This document shows positions 9,962-18,199 of a stretch of 58,309 bases of DNA, piece after piece. Location: NCBI GenBank assembly GCA_012839845.1, contig DUMM01000048.1, positions 1-58,309 on the forward strand, written 5' to 3'. The notes under the pieces are model-generated. The model ran no database searches, was not told the DNA's origin, and worked only from the letters and a program-made list of their open reading frames with translations. Origin of the DNA: Bacillota bacterium (GTDB taxonomy: Bacteria > Bacillota > Limnochordia > DTU087). Within the stretch, counting starts at the first letter, position 1. Each line of letters starts with the position of its first letter. Made by a program: the position numbers and the translations under genes.

Positions 9962-10088
9962 TACCAAAATTAACAAAAAGATACCAAGGGATCAACTCCC
10001 TTGACACAGGAAATGTTATTGTATGGGTAGGTAGCGCTAGACTGGGTCAGCACCATTGAACCAAAGTGAGGCACAAGGAGGAGAGTGT

Positions 10089-10730
10089 ATGGCAATTCTA
10101 CAAGAGCTTGCAGATGCCTTGGTGGCAGGTAACGCCAACAAGGTGAAGGAATTAACAGAGAAGGCTCTGGTAGAAGGCATTTCGGCCGGCCAGATTATCA
10201 AAGAGGGTCTAATTCCCGGCATGGCCGTTGTCGGCGAGCGTTTCAAGAAAAACGAGATCTATGTCCCTGAGGTGTTGATCGCTGCTCGGGCCATGCAGGC
10301 TGGTCTTAGCATCGTCAAGCCTTTGCTTACCGAGGCTGAGGCAGCTGAGAGACTGGGTGTCGTCTGCATCGGTACAGTTAAGGGCGACTTACATGACATC
10401 GGCAAGAATCTGGTAGCCATGATGCTGGAAGGTGCCGGGTTTGAGGTTATCGATTTAGGCGTCGACGTGGCTCCTGAGAAGTTTGTCCAAGCCGTCAAGG
10501 AGCATAACGCCGACTTTGTGGCCCTCTCGGCACTGCTGACTACCACCATGGTGAATATGAAGGAAACCATCCAAGCCTTGACCGACGCCGGCCTGCGGGA
10601 CAGCGTCAAAGTACTGGTGGGAGGAGCTCCTGTAACTCAAGCCTTTGCCGATGACATCGGTGCAGATGGATACGCTCCTGACTCCGGTACTGCCGTCGAC
10701 GTAGCTAAGAAGCTCATCGGGGCTGCATGA
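10089..10730 (+). CDS. methyltransferase-cognate corrinoid protein (B12-binding, MtaC/MtbC-like)
   Basis: N-terminal helical cap plus B12-binding domain with the DxHxxG motif 'GDLHDIGKNLV' and 'SALLTTTM'. ATG at 10089 lies 8 nt after AAGGAGGAG. Confidence 0.85.
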   Translation: MAILQELADALVAGNANKVKELTEKALVEGISAGQIIKEGLIPGMAVVGERFKKNEIYVPEVLIAARAMQAGLSIVKPLLTEAEAAERLGVVCIGTVKGDLHDIGKNLVAMMLEGAGFEVIDLGVDVAPEKFVQAVKEHNADFVALSALLTTTMVNMKETIQALTDAGLRDSVKVLVGGAPVTQAFADDIGADGYAPDSGTAVDVAKKLIGAA

Positions 10731-10775
10731 AATCCGGGACTGGTATATTTTAAAGCTGATTGGGCATAATTGGGT

Positions 10776-10811
10776 AGGCTGCAGCTGGACTTAGAGGCTG
10801 CAGCCTTTTTC
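10776..10811 (+). terminator. intrinsic terminator
   Basis: Perfect 10-bp stem AGGCTGCAGC / GCTGCAGCCT with an 11-nt loop, followed by TTTTT. Confidence 0.85.
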
Positions 10812-10896
10812 GTGATCGGCAGGATTATAGTGATTTGCGGCGAAACACAAAGTTAGGACCTGCTCATAGAAGTATGTACTAAGGAGGGGAAAGCCA

Positions 10897-12054
10897 GTGG
10901 ATTATTTTCTTACCGAAGAACAGCAGATGATCAAAGAGCTGGCTGCCCGGATTGCCGACGAAAAGATCAAGCCGGTAGCAGCAGAGCTTGACGAAAAAGA
11001 AGAATTCCCATGGGAACTCATGCGGATTTTAGGTGAGGCGGATCTTTTCGCGGTTTGGGTACCTGAGGAGTACGGCGGACTAGGAGGCGGCGTCTTTGAA
11101 CAGGTACTGGTGGTTGAAGAACTCTCCCGGGCCTGCAGTGGTGTATCGGTAAGCTACGCGGCCAGTGCCTTGGGGAGCTTTCCCATCATCATGTTCGGCA
11201 CAGAGGAGCAAAAACAGCGCTACCTGCCGGATATCGCCAGCGGCAAGCGCTTAGCCGCTTTTGCTTTGACCGAGGCTAATGCCGGCAGCGATGTCTCGGG
11301 TATTGCTACCACCGCTGTACTGGATGGAGATGAGTACGTCCTCAACGGTACTAAACAGTGGATCACCAACGGCGGCGAAGCAGACATTTACACAGTTATT
11401 GCTGTGACAGACAAAGAAAAGGGTCCCCGGGGATACAGTGCTTTCATCGTGGAAAAGGGTACGCCGGGCTTGAGTTTTGGGAAGAAGGAGAAAAAGCTGG
11501 GAATCCGGGCCTCAGCCACTCGGGAAGTGATTTTTGACAACTGCCGGATTCCCAAAGAGAATCTTTTGGGCCGGGAAGGCCAGGGATTTATCATCGCCAT
11601 GAAAACCTTCGATAAGACCAGGCCGGGGGTTGCTGCGCAAGCTGTTGGCATTGCCCAAGGTGCCTTGGATGAGGCGGTTAAGTATGCCCGGGAACGGGTA
11701 CAATTTGGTCAGCCCATCAGTTCTTTCCAAGGCATTCAGTTTATGCTGGCAGATATGGCTACTCAAATCGAGGCAGCCCGGGCACTGGTGTACTCAGTGG
11801 CCAGATGGATCGACAGCGGTGCTAAAGATGTTTCCCAGGCCGCGGCTATGGCCAAAGTGTTTGCCTCTGATGTTGCTATGAAAGTTACCGTGGATGCTGT
11901 GCAGATCTTGGGCGGTTATGGCTATATGCGGGAGTACCCAGTGGAGAAGATGATGAGGGATGCCAAAATCACCCAGATCTATGAAGGTACCAATCAGATT
12001 CAGCGCAGCATAATTGCTCTGGACTTGATTAAGAAAGCGGCTAAGAAGAAGTAA
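10897..12054 (+). CDS. acyl-CoA dehydrogenase (butyryl-CoA dehydrogenase-like)
   Basis: 'FALTEANAGSDVSG', 'KQWITNGGEADIYTV', 'QILGGYGYMREYPVEKMMRDAKITQIYEGTNQIQR' are the ACAD signatures. GTG start 7 nt after AAGGAGGGG. Confidence 0.9.
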   Translation: MDYFLTEEQQMIKELAARIADEKIKPVAAELDEKEEFPWELMRILGEADLFAVWVPEEYGGLGGGVFEQVLVVEELSRACSGVSVSYAASALGSFPIIMFGTEEQKQRYLPDIASGKRLAAFALTEANAGSDVSGIATTAVLDGDEYVLNGTKQWITNGGEADIYTVIAVTDKEKGPRGYSAFIVEKGTPGLSFGKKEKKLGIRASATREVIFDNCRIPKENLLGREGQGFIIAMKTFDKTRPGVAAQAVGIAQGALDEAVKYARERVQFGQPISSFQGIQFMLADMATQIEAARALVYSVARWIDSGAKDVSQAAAMAKVFASDVAMKVTVDAVQILGGYGYMREYPVEKMMRDAKITQIYEGTNQIQRSIIALDLIKKAAKKK

Positions 12055-12074
12055 CGAAGGGGAGAAAGCATCAC

Positions 12075-12851
12075 ATGCATATAGTAGCCTGTATCAAACA
12101 GGTCCCTGACCCCAGCCAAGCCCGGATTGATAGGGAGACCGGTTTGGTGATCCGGGAAGGTGTAGACAAGATCATCAATCCCTACGATCTCCATGCATTG
12201 GAGGAGGCGGTGCGGATCAAGGAAGCAAGAGGCGGTAAAGTTACCGCCTTATCCATGGGGCCGCGGGCGGCAGAACAAGTGCTGCGGGATGCCGTTGCCA
12301 TGGGTGCTGACCAGGGGATTCTTCTCAGCGATCGGAGGTTTGCAGGAGCCGATACCTTAGCCACCTCTTACACGCTGGCCCGAGCCATTGCCAAACTGGG
12401 CGATGTGGACCTGGTGATCTGCGGCAAGCAAGCAGTAGATGGAGACACGGCACAAGTAGGTCCCGGTATAGCAGCTAATTTGGATCTACCCCATATTACC
12501 CAGGTGAGAAAGATCAGAGAGCTGACAGACAGCAAACTGGTGGCAGAGAAGCTGACCGACAGGGGATATGAAGTGGTGGAAGTGAGCTTGCCCGCAGTAA
12601 TCACAGTAGTCAAAGAGCTGAATGAGCCCCGGATTCCGGGACTGCGGGGTATGATGCGGGCCAAGAAGGCAGAGATCCCTGTCTGGGGGCCGGAAGATAT
12701 CGAAGCAGAGGCGGACCGTATCGGTCTGAAAGGGTCACCTACTCAAGTATGGCGCACCTTCGAACCGGAAAGACACCGCAAAGGCGAAATGCTGGAAGGT
12801 ACGCCGGAAGAACAGGCGGCTGCGCTGTGGCAGCGGCTCCGTGCCCTCTAA
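12075..12851 (+). CDS. etfB: electron transfer flavoprotein, beta subunit
   Basis: 'MHIVACIKQVPD...INPYDLHALEEAVRIKE...VTALSMGP...ADTLATSYTLA...DLVICGKQAVDGDTAQVGP' is typical EtfB. Confidence 0.9.
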   Translation: MHIVACIKQVPDPSQARIDRETGLVIREGVDKIINPYDLHALEEAVRIKEARGGKVTALSMGPRAAEQVLRDAVAMGADQGILLSDRRFAGADTLATSYTLARAIAKLGDVDLVICGKQAVDGDTAQVGPGIAANLDLPHITQVRKIRELTDSKLVAEKLTDRGYEVVEVSLPAVITVVKELNEPRIPGLRGMMRAKKAEIPVWGPEDIEAEADRIGLKGSPTQVWRTFEPERHRKGEMLEGTPEEQAAALWQRLRAL

Positions 12852-12890
12852 GTGATCTTGGCAGGATTGGCATCAGGAGGAAAAAGGACT

Positions 12891-14084
12891 ATGGAAATTC
12901 GACTGCGAGCAGAAAACTGTACCATTTGCGGGGCTTGTGAGGCGGCGTGCCCGTACGATGCGGTTGTCATGGGGAACGACGGCCCTCAGTTTACTGATGA
13001 GTGTACGGTTTGCGGTGCCTGTGTAGAAGCCTGTCCCGCCGATGCTCTCTACATCGACAAAGAGGAGGAGGTTTCCTCTCATTCCCAGCGACAAAAAGGA
13101 GCCGGCGATGTATGGGTATTTGCCGAACAGAGAGACGGTAAGCTCTTGGATGTGGTCATGGAGCTTATGGGAGAAGGCCGGCGGCTGGCATCACAGTTGG
13201 GCGTATCCCTGGGGTGCCTGCTTTTGGGTGGCGAAGTAGATCATCTTGTCCAAGAGCTGTTTGAGTTTGGCGCTGATCAGGTTTACGCAGGATGTGCTCC
13301 AGAGCTTAAGCACTACCGGGATGACCTTTATGCCCAAGTTGTGGAGCACGCAGTTAGGCAGTACCGCCCGGAGATCCTTCTGATCGGCGGAACATCCAAC
13401 GGTCGTTCTCTTGCTCCCAGAGTGGCCACTAAGTTGGGGACCGGGCTTACCGCTGATTGTACTGGGTTTGCCCTAGACGAAGACGGCAATTTGCTTCAGA
13501 CCCGTCCGGCTTTCGGCGGCAACTTGATGGCTACCATCCGGTGTCCAAACCATCGGCCCCAGATGGCAACAGTACGGCCCAAGGTGTTTCCCAAGCCTGC
13601 TCGCCAACCGGGAAGACAGGGACAGGTGATTGCCCTAGAACTGCCTGCTTTCAAGCCCTGGCAGCGCATTTTGGAAATAGTTGATGGAGCTGATACAGGT
13701 CCCAACTTAGCTGAAGCCGACATAGTGGTCGCTGGAGGACGGGGACTTGGAAGTCCGGCAAATTTCCGCCTGGTCGAGGAGTTGGCATCAGCGCTGGGAG
13801 CAGCAGTGGGTGCCAGCAGGGCGGTAGTGGATGCCGGCTGGGTGAGCTATCCCCACCAGGTGGGACAGACGGGCCGGACAGTGGCACCGAAGATCTACAT
13901 CGCCTGCGGCATCAGCGGTGCGATTCAGCACATAGTCGGCATGCAGTCTTCTGAGGTTATTGTGGCTATCAACAGTGATCCCGATGCGCCCATTTTCAAC
14001 ATTGCCACCTATGGAATAGTGGGAAAGGTGGAGGAGGTCATCCCAGCACTGATCAGGGAGATAAAGGGTTCTACTTCCCAGTAA
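12891..14084 (+). CDS. etfA: electron transfer flavoprotein alpha subunit with N-terminal 2x[4Fe-4S] ferredoxin domain
   Basis: N-terminus 'CTICGACEAACPYDAV...CTVCGACVEACPADAL' (two CxxCxxCxxxCP motifs), then an EtfA core ('VVAGGRGLGS', 'GASRAVVDAGW', 'QVGQTGRTVAPKIYIACGISGAIQH'). ATG at 12891 follows CAGGAGGA. Confidence 0.9.
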   Translation: MEIRLRAENCTICGACEAACPYDAVVMGNDGPQFTDECTVCGACVEACPADALYIDKEEEVSSHSQRQKGAGDVWVFAEQRDGKLLDVVMELMGEGRRLASQLGVSLGCLLLGGEVDHLVQELFEFGADQVYAGCAPELKHYRDDLYAQVVEHAVRQYRPEILLIGGTSNGRSLAPRVATKLGTGLTADCTGFALDEDGNLLQTRPAFGGNLMATIRCPNHRPQMATVRPKVFPKPARQPGRQGQVIALELPAFKPWQRILEIVDGADTGPNLAEADIVVAGGRGLGSPANFRLVEELASALGAAVGASRAVVDAGWVSYPHQVGQTGRTVAPKIYIACGISGAIQHIVGMQSSEVIVAINSDPDAPIFNIATYGIVGKVEEVIPALIREIKGSTSQ

Positions 14085-14103
14085 GCTCCCTGCAGTCCCT
14101 CCG

Positions 14104-15357
14104 TCAATATTTCGTCAGCTGTTGGTGGAGATATGCGGCAAAGTCCAGGGCCTGTTTGGGGAGTTGAGTGTTGGGCGAGACCACAAGCGCTAGTCTCTGC
14201 CGCCAAGGGCGGTCCGGCCAGAGGGGAAGGTAGGAGCTGGTGCGGCCGCTTTCCACTGCCAACGGATTGCGATTACGGTGAAGCTCAAGGGCAAACTCCT
14301 GAGGCAGGAGCATAACGTCGGGGCCGTTGCCCGCAACTTGGGCCTGAAAGATTCTGAGGAGCATGTCCACCGGTTGATTGACCCCCACTACCGGAGGGGA
14401 AGCTGTCGGGTCGAGGATTTGTTGATTATAGGCGGCTATTAGTTCCTCCAGCAGGGATGCCTCGGGCTCCGGCGCTTGGTACCAGAAGACAACTTGGGAG
14501 GGCGCCGTTGGTGAGTCTGTAGCCTCAGGAGGCGGCACCTGGGCTTTTTTGAACTCCATCTGATGGAAAAAGATGCCGCTCAAGCCCAAAAGGCAGGAAA
14601 GTGCTAGGGGGATTATAAGTCTGGAGTGAATCCCGGTGATAGGCCGGTTCTTTCTGTCTGCGGCAGGGGTTAAGGTTTGACCACTGGCTTCAGCCGGAGC
14701 TGCATCTTCGCATTCGCTCTCTGCCATAGCCTGTCGGCGGAGTTTGCGTTCCTTGAGGGCGGTCTTCTTGCTTTCCAGGTGCTCGCGGTAGAAGTTGAGG
14801 TCATAAGCAGTATCCGACTCAGCAGCTTTAGTCTCTCGCTCCAGTTCGGCCCAATAATCGAAGACTGCTAGACGACGGAGGAAATGGACGAAAAGATGCC
14901 ACCAAAGCTCCGCCGTTCCCCAGATGACGACAAAGACCAACCAAGGAGCAATTGCAAACAGCGGCTGGCTTAGGAGGATGCTGAGGATAAGCGGCACGGC
15001 CGGGACGAAAGCTGCGCCAGCGGCCATGCGGCCCCGGCGGTAACGGCGTTCGCCCCATTGGGCCATATGGGCAGCTGCCAGAGAAAGCAGCAGCAAAACG
15101 GCAAGCAGAGGAAACCACTTGATGATCTGTTTGACAGCGCCCAGGACTCCAGCTGACGGTGACCGCTGTGGCGGGATGAGTAAGGTCTTGGCGGTCCAAA
15201 GTCCACCAATCGTGAGGAGAACTATCTCTCCCGCGAGCAGCCCTGCCGAGCTCAAGGTTCTAGCGTCGGACTTGACCAATAGCGTGGTTACCAGCCATTC
15301 CCGGCAGTGTTTCAGCTTGTTGTCCTTTGGCCGATTAGCACGGTTCTTTGTCAGCAC
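14104..15357 (-). CDS. hypothetical polytopic membrane protein with a short C-terminal solute-binding-protein-like domain
   Basis: About 4 N-terminal TM segments, a charged linker, a further TM, then 'VVFWYQAPEPEASLLEELIAAYNQQ...GNGPDVMLLPQEFA', which resembles the N-terminal lobe of family-1 extracellular SBPs. GTG at 15357 lies 12 nt after AGGAGG; the TTG at 15369 abuts the Shine-Dalgarno. Confidence 0.6.
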   Translation of the reverse strand: MLTKNRANRPKDNKLKHCREWLVTTLLVKSDARTLSSAGLLAGEIVLLTIGGLWTAKTLLIPPQRSPSAGVLGAVKQIIKWFPLLAVLLLLSLAAAHMAQWGERRYRRGRMAAGAAFVPAVPLILSILLSQPLFAIAPWLVFVVIWGTAELWWHLFVHFLRRLAVFDYWAELERETKAAESDTAYDLNFYREHLESKKTALKERKLRRQAMAESECEDAAPAEASGQTLTPAADRKNRPITGIHSRLIIPLALSCLLGLSGIFFHQMEFKKAQVPPPEATDSPTAPSQVVFWYQAPEPEASLLEELIAAYNQQILDPTASPPVVGVNQPVDMLLRIFQAQVAGNGPDVMLLPQEFALELHRNRNPLAVESGRTSSYLPLWPDRPWRQRLALVVSPNTQLPKQALDFAAYLHQQLTKY

Positions 15358-15386
15358 TAAAACTCGCAACCTCCTAGTAAGTGACA

Positions 15387-15416
15387 GCCGGAGAGCCTCG
15401 GTGAGGACTCTCCGGC
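15387..15416 (-). terminator. GC-rich hairpin downstream of the Q-rich gene (possible terminator or attenuator, no U-tract)
   Basis: Perfect 9-bp stem GCCGGAGAG / CTCTCCGGC with a 12-nt loop, 58 nt beyond the stop of the 15474-15824 ORF. There is no clear T-run on either strand. Confidence 0.35.
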
Positions 15417-15473
15417 GTCCGGAGCTCCTGCTGCGGATCGGGATCGGCAGCCCTGAGCTCCAGTGACAGGCCT

Positions 15474-15824
15474 TTACGGCTGGTTTTGCGGTTTGTTCTG
15501 CGCCTTCTGCTGGGTAGCCTGGCTCATCCGCTGTTTCTGACTCTGATTTCCAGTCAGCGGTTGGCTGAACTCGTACTGAGCCTGCTTCGCTTTCTGCCGG
15601 GCCTGCTGTGCCTGTCGAGCCTGCTGTTCCGCCTGCAGAGCAATCTGCTGCTGGTTTTGCTGTCCCTGATTCTGAGGTCCGGTCAGCGGCTGGGCAAACT
15701 CGTACTGCATCTGCTGACCTCCCTGCTGAGCCTGCTGTGCCTGTCGGTTCTGCTGTGCTTGTCGAGCCTGCTGGGAGACCTGCTGGTTTTGCTGATTCTG
15801 CTGTTCCCGTTTCATATTGGCCAA
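15474..15824 (-). CDS. glutamine-rich, internally duplicated small protein (gamma-type SASP-like)
   Basis: 116 aa with 46 Gln by my count. Two copies of Q-Y-E-F-[AS]-Q-P-L-T-G sit within duplicated QQARQAQQ blocks. TTG start 9 nt after AGAGGAGG. The overlapping + strand ORF 15486-15902 is a Leu-rich mirror of the CAG/CTG repeats. Confidence 0.6.
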   Translation of the reverse strand: MANMKREQQNQQNQQVSQQARQAQQNRQAQQAQQGGQQMQYEFAQPLTGPQNQGQQNQQQIALQAEQQARQAQQARQKAKQAQYEFSQPLTGNQSQKQRMSQATQQKAQNKPQNQP

Positions 15825-15958
15825 GTGATGGTGCCTCCTCTGTCAGTTTTGACTCCGCTGATTAAGCTGACGGGTGTTTGCTCAAAGATAGTATTGCGGT
15901 AAGTATGAAATACAATACTGGTAGAGTGATACTCACCTGGATATCCTTGGAGGAGAAA

Positions 15959-16816
15959 ATGATTATCGGTGCACATCTGACCATTGCAAAGGGTATGCCG
16001 GCCGCGGTAGAACTGGCTAAGTCAATAGAGAGCAATGCCTTTCAGTTCTTTACCAGAAATCCCCGGGGCGGAAAGGCTCGGCTCCTTGAGGCGGCAGAAA
16101 TAGAAGAGTTCCGCCGAAGCAGGCTGCAGGCAGGGATAAAGTGTGTTGTAGGCCATATGCCGTATACGATTAACCTAGGTGCAAATCGTCCGGACATTCA
16201 TGCATTCGCCAAAGAGACGCTGCTGACAGATCTGGAGCGCTTTGCCGCTGCCGAGGTAGACTTCGTGGTGGTGCATCCCGGCAGCCATGTGGGGGATGGA
16301 ATTGATGCGGGTATTGCGCGGATCTGCGATGCTCTAGCCTTTGTGCTTGAACGGTACAATGAAAAGAAACCCATGCTGCTGCTGGAAACCATGGCCGGTC
16401 ACGGCACGGAGGTGGGTAAGAATCCGGAGGAATTGAGGGAAATTTTCACCCGCTTGAATTGGCCGGAGAACATGGGAGTCTGTCTTGACAGCTGCCACCT
16501 TCTGGCCGCCGGTTACGATCTTACTACTACCGAAGGGATCGATAGATTTCTAGAAGAATTCGATACCGTCCTGGGTTTGGAACGGATGAAGCTGATGCAC
16601 CTCAACGATTCCAAGCGGGAACTGGGCAGTCACATTGACCGCCACGCCAAAATAGGAGAAGGGGCCTTGGGCATGGAAGGGGTTCAAGCAGTGGTTACCC
16701 ATCCGGTACTGGGCAAGCTGCCGTTCATCTTGGAATCGCCAGTGGACGATTACCTAGAATATGGAGATGAGATTCAGAAAGTGCTGAGGCTGCGGAAAGC
16801 CGCGTCGCTGATGTGA
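15959..16816 (+). CDS. nfo: deoxyribonuclease IV (endonuclease IV)
   Basis: 'MIIGAHLTIAKG...NAFQFFTRNPRGG...VVHPGSH...LLLETMAGHGTEVG...VCLDSCHLLAAGYD...HLNDSK...HIDRHAKIGEG' has Nfo metal ligands throughout. ATG at 15959 follows GGAGGAG. Confidence 0.9.
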   Translation: MIIGAHLTIAKGMPAAVELAKSIESNAFQFFTRNPRGGKARLLEAAEIEEFRRSRLQAGIKCVVGHMPYTINLGANRPDIHAFAKETLLTDLERFAAAEVDFVVVHPGSHVGDGIDAGIARICDALAFVLERYNEKKPMLLLETMAGHGTEVGKNPEELREIFTRLNWPENMGVCLDSCHLLAAGYDLTTTEGIDRFLEEFDTVLGLERMKLMHLNDSKRELGSHIDRHAKIGEGALGMEGVQAVVTHPVLGKLPFILESPVDDYLEYGDEIQKVLRLRKAASLM

Positions 16817-16945
16817 AACATGACCCGATTGATGGAGCTGGGAAGAGCGGCCTTTTCAGCAGGATTTGCAGGTGTACTGCCGAATAGTCCAAAGAGATCA
16901 GGAGGGGCTGTCATTTGGCCCTTCGGCAGAAAAGTGCATAACCGA

Positions 16946-17114
16946 CCCTTAGGTGCCCCGCATCCGGGGAGAATAGGGAAGTTGGGCGGGCAGAACTGCT
17001 CGTAACCACGCGGTCGCGCCACTGTCGCCGGGGAACGGCCATCAGCCACTCGCAGCTTGCGGGGAAGGCTGGGGCAAGAGTGATGAACCGGCAGCCAGGA
17101 GACCTGCCTAAGGG
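16946..17114 (+). promoter_or_regulatory. cobalamin (AdoCbl) riboswitch aptamer
   Basis: P1 CCCTTAGG (16946-16953) pairs with CCTAAGGG (17107-17114). Conserved elements present: AGGTGCC, ATAGGGAAG, GCCACTG, GGGAAGGC and the B12 box AGCCAGGAGACCTGCC (17092-17108). Sits upstream of a Btu-like transporter operon. Confidence 0.85.
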
Positions 17115-17194
17115 GTAAACCAGTAACCTTCGCGGAAAGGGGATGGTGCACGGAAGCGCGGCGGAATGAGTATCAAACGCCGGTTGACCTTGAG

Positions 17195-17227
17195 TCCTCT
17201 GCCCTGACTGGGAAGAGGATTTTTTCT
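17195..17227 (+). terminator. riboswitch expression-platform terminator
   Basis: Imperfect hairpin TCCTCTGCCC-TGACT-GGGAAGAGGA followed by TTTTTTCTT, placed between the aptamer and the first transporter gene. Confidence 0.55.
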
Positions 17228-17267
17228 TGAGTATGTGGTGAAAAACGTAAAGCTAGAGGTGACCAGG

Positions 17268-18182
17268 ATGAAGGTGAACCATAGGAAACCAATGAAGTCC
17301 GGGCTAGAGGTTTCTGCTCTGTTCGTCTGTCTCATGGTGCTTGGGACTGCCTTGGTACAGGCGGCGGAGTTTCCGGTAATAGTCATCGACGATTTGGGCA
17401 GGGAAATTCTCATCGACAAGCAGCCTCAGAGATTGATCTCCCTCGCTCCCAGTGTCACCGAGAACCTGTATGCACTGGGCTTAGGGGATAAAGTGGTGGG
17501 GGTTAGCGATTACAGCAACTATCCCCCGGAAGCTATGGAAAAGCCGATTATCGGCGACGCTCTCCACCTCAATTATGAGCAGGTCCTGATGCTGGATCCT
17601 GATCTCATTATCGGCGATGCGCAGGTCGTCAGAACCTTCATTTCGAAGCTGGATGAGCTGGGCCTGCCGGTTCTGGCTATCAGTCCCAGCAATGTCAACG
17701 AACTGATGGAGGCATTGCTGCTTTTGGGTGAAGCCACCGGAGCCCAGGAGAGGGCTCAGGAAGTGGTGGCGGAGATGAAGGATAAGATCAGCTATGTACA
17801 AGGCATTGTGGGGGAGATTCCCGAAGAGGACCGGCCCTTGGTCTTCGTTGAAATCTGGAACGAACCCCTGATGACTTGCGGCCCTGGGAGCTTCATGCAG
17901 GAACTAATTGAACTGGCCGGAGGGCGGAATCTGGCCGCCGATGCTCCTGCTCCTTGGGTTGAGTACAGCAGCGAGTTGGTTGTGGAAAGGAACCCGGATA
18001 TCATCATCTTGACTTGGCCCTACGAAGATGAAGTTTTGGCCCGCAGTGCCTGGCAAAGCATCAAGGCTGTCCAGCAGCGCCGGGTGATAGCAGTGGATTC
18101 CGAACCATTTGTGCGGACAACGCCGAGACTTGCTGATGCGCTTCTGGAGCTGGCTAAGATACTGCATCCTGAACTGTTTTGA
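17268..18182 (+). CDS. ABC transporter substrate-binding protein (BtuF / Fe-siderophore class, likely cobalamin)
   Basis: Signal peptide, then 'RLISLAPSVTENLYALGLGDKVVGVSDYSNYP' and 'PDLIIGD', typical of cluster A-2 (BtuF/FhuD) binding proteins. Lies downstream of the B12 riboswitch. GTG 17235 is the alternative start. Confidence 0.8.
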   Translation: MKVNHRKPMKSGLEVSALFVCLMVLGTALVQAAEFPVIVIDDLGREILIDKQPQRLISLAPSVTENLYALGLGDKVVGVSDYSNYPPEAMEKPIIGDALHLNYEQVLMLDPDLIIGDAQVVRTFISKLDELGLPVLAISPSNVNELMEALLLLGEATGAQERAQEVVAEMKDKISYVQGIVGEIPEEDRPLVFVEIWNEPLMTCGPGSFMQELIELAGGRNLAADAPAPWVEYSSELVVERNPDIIILTWPYEDEVLARSAWQSIKAVQQRRVIAVDSEPFVRTTPRLADALLELAKILHPELF

Positions 18183-18199
18183 GAAGCGATGGATAGTTG

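Noticed and set aside
9985-10008. Hairpin CAAGGGA-TCAAC-TCCCTTG after the RACo gene as a terminator.
   Set aside because: There is no T-run on the + strand. The T-run exists only for a minus-strand transcript, and no minus-strand gene lies nearby. The stem also overlaps a TTGACA -35-like hexamer. Any function is therefore ambiguous.
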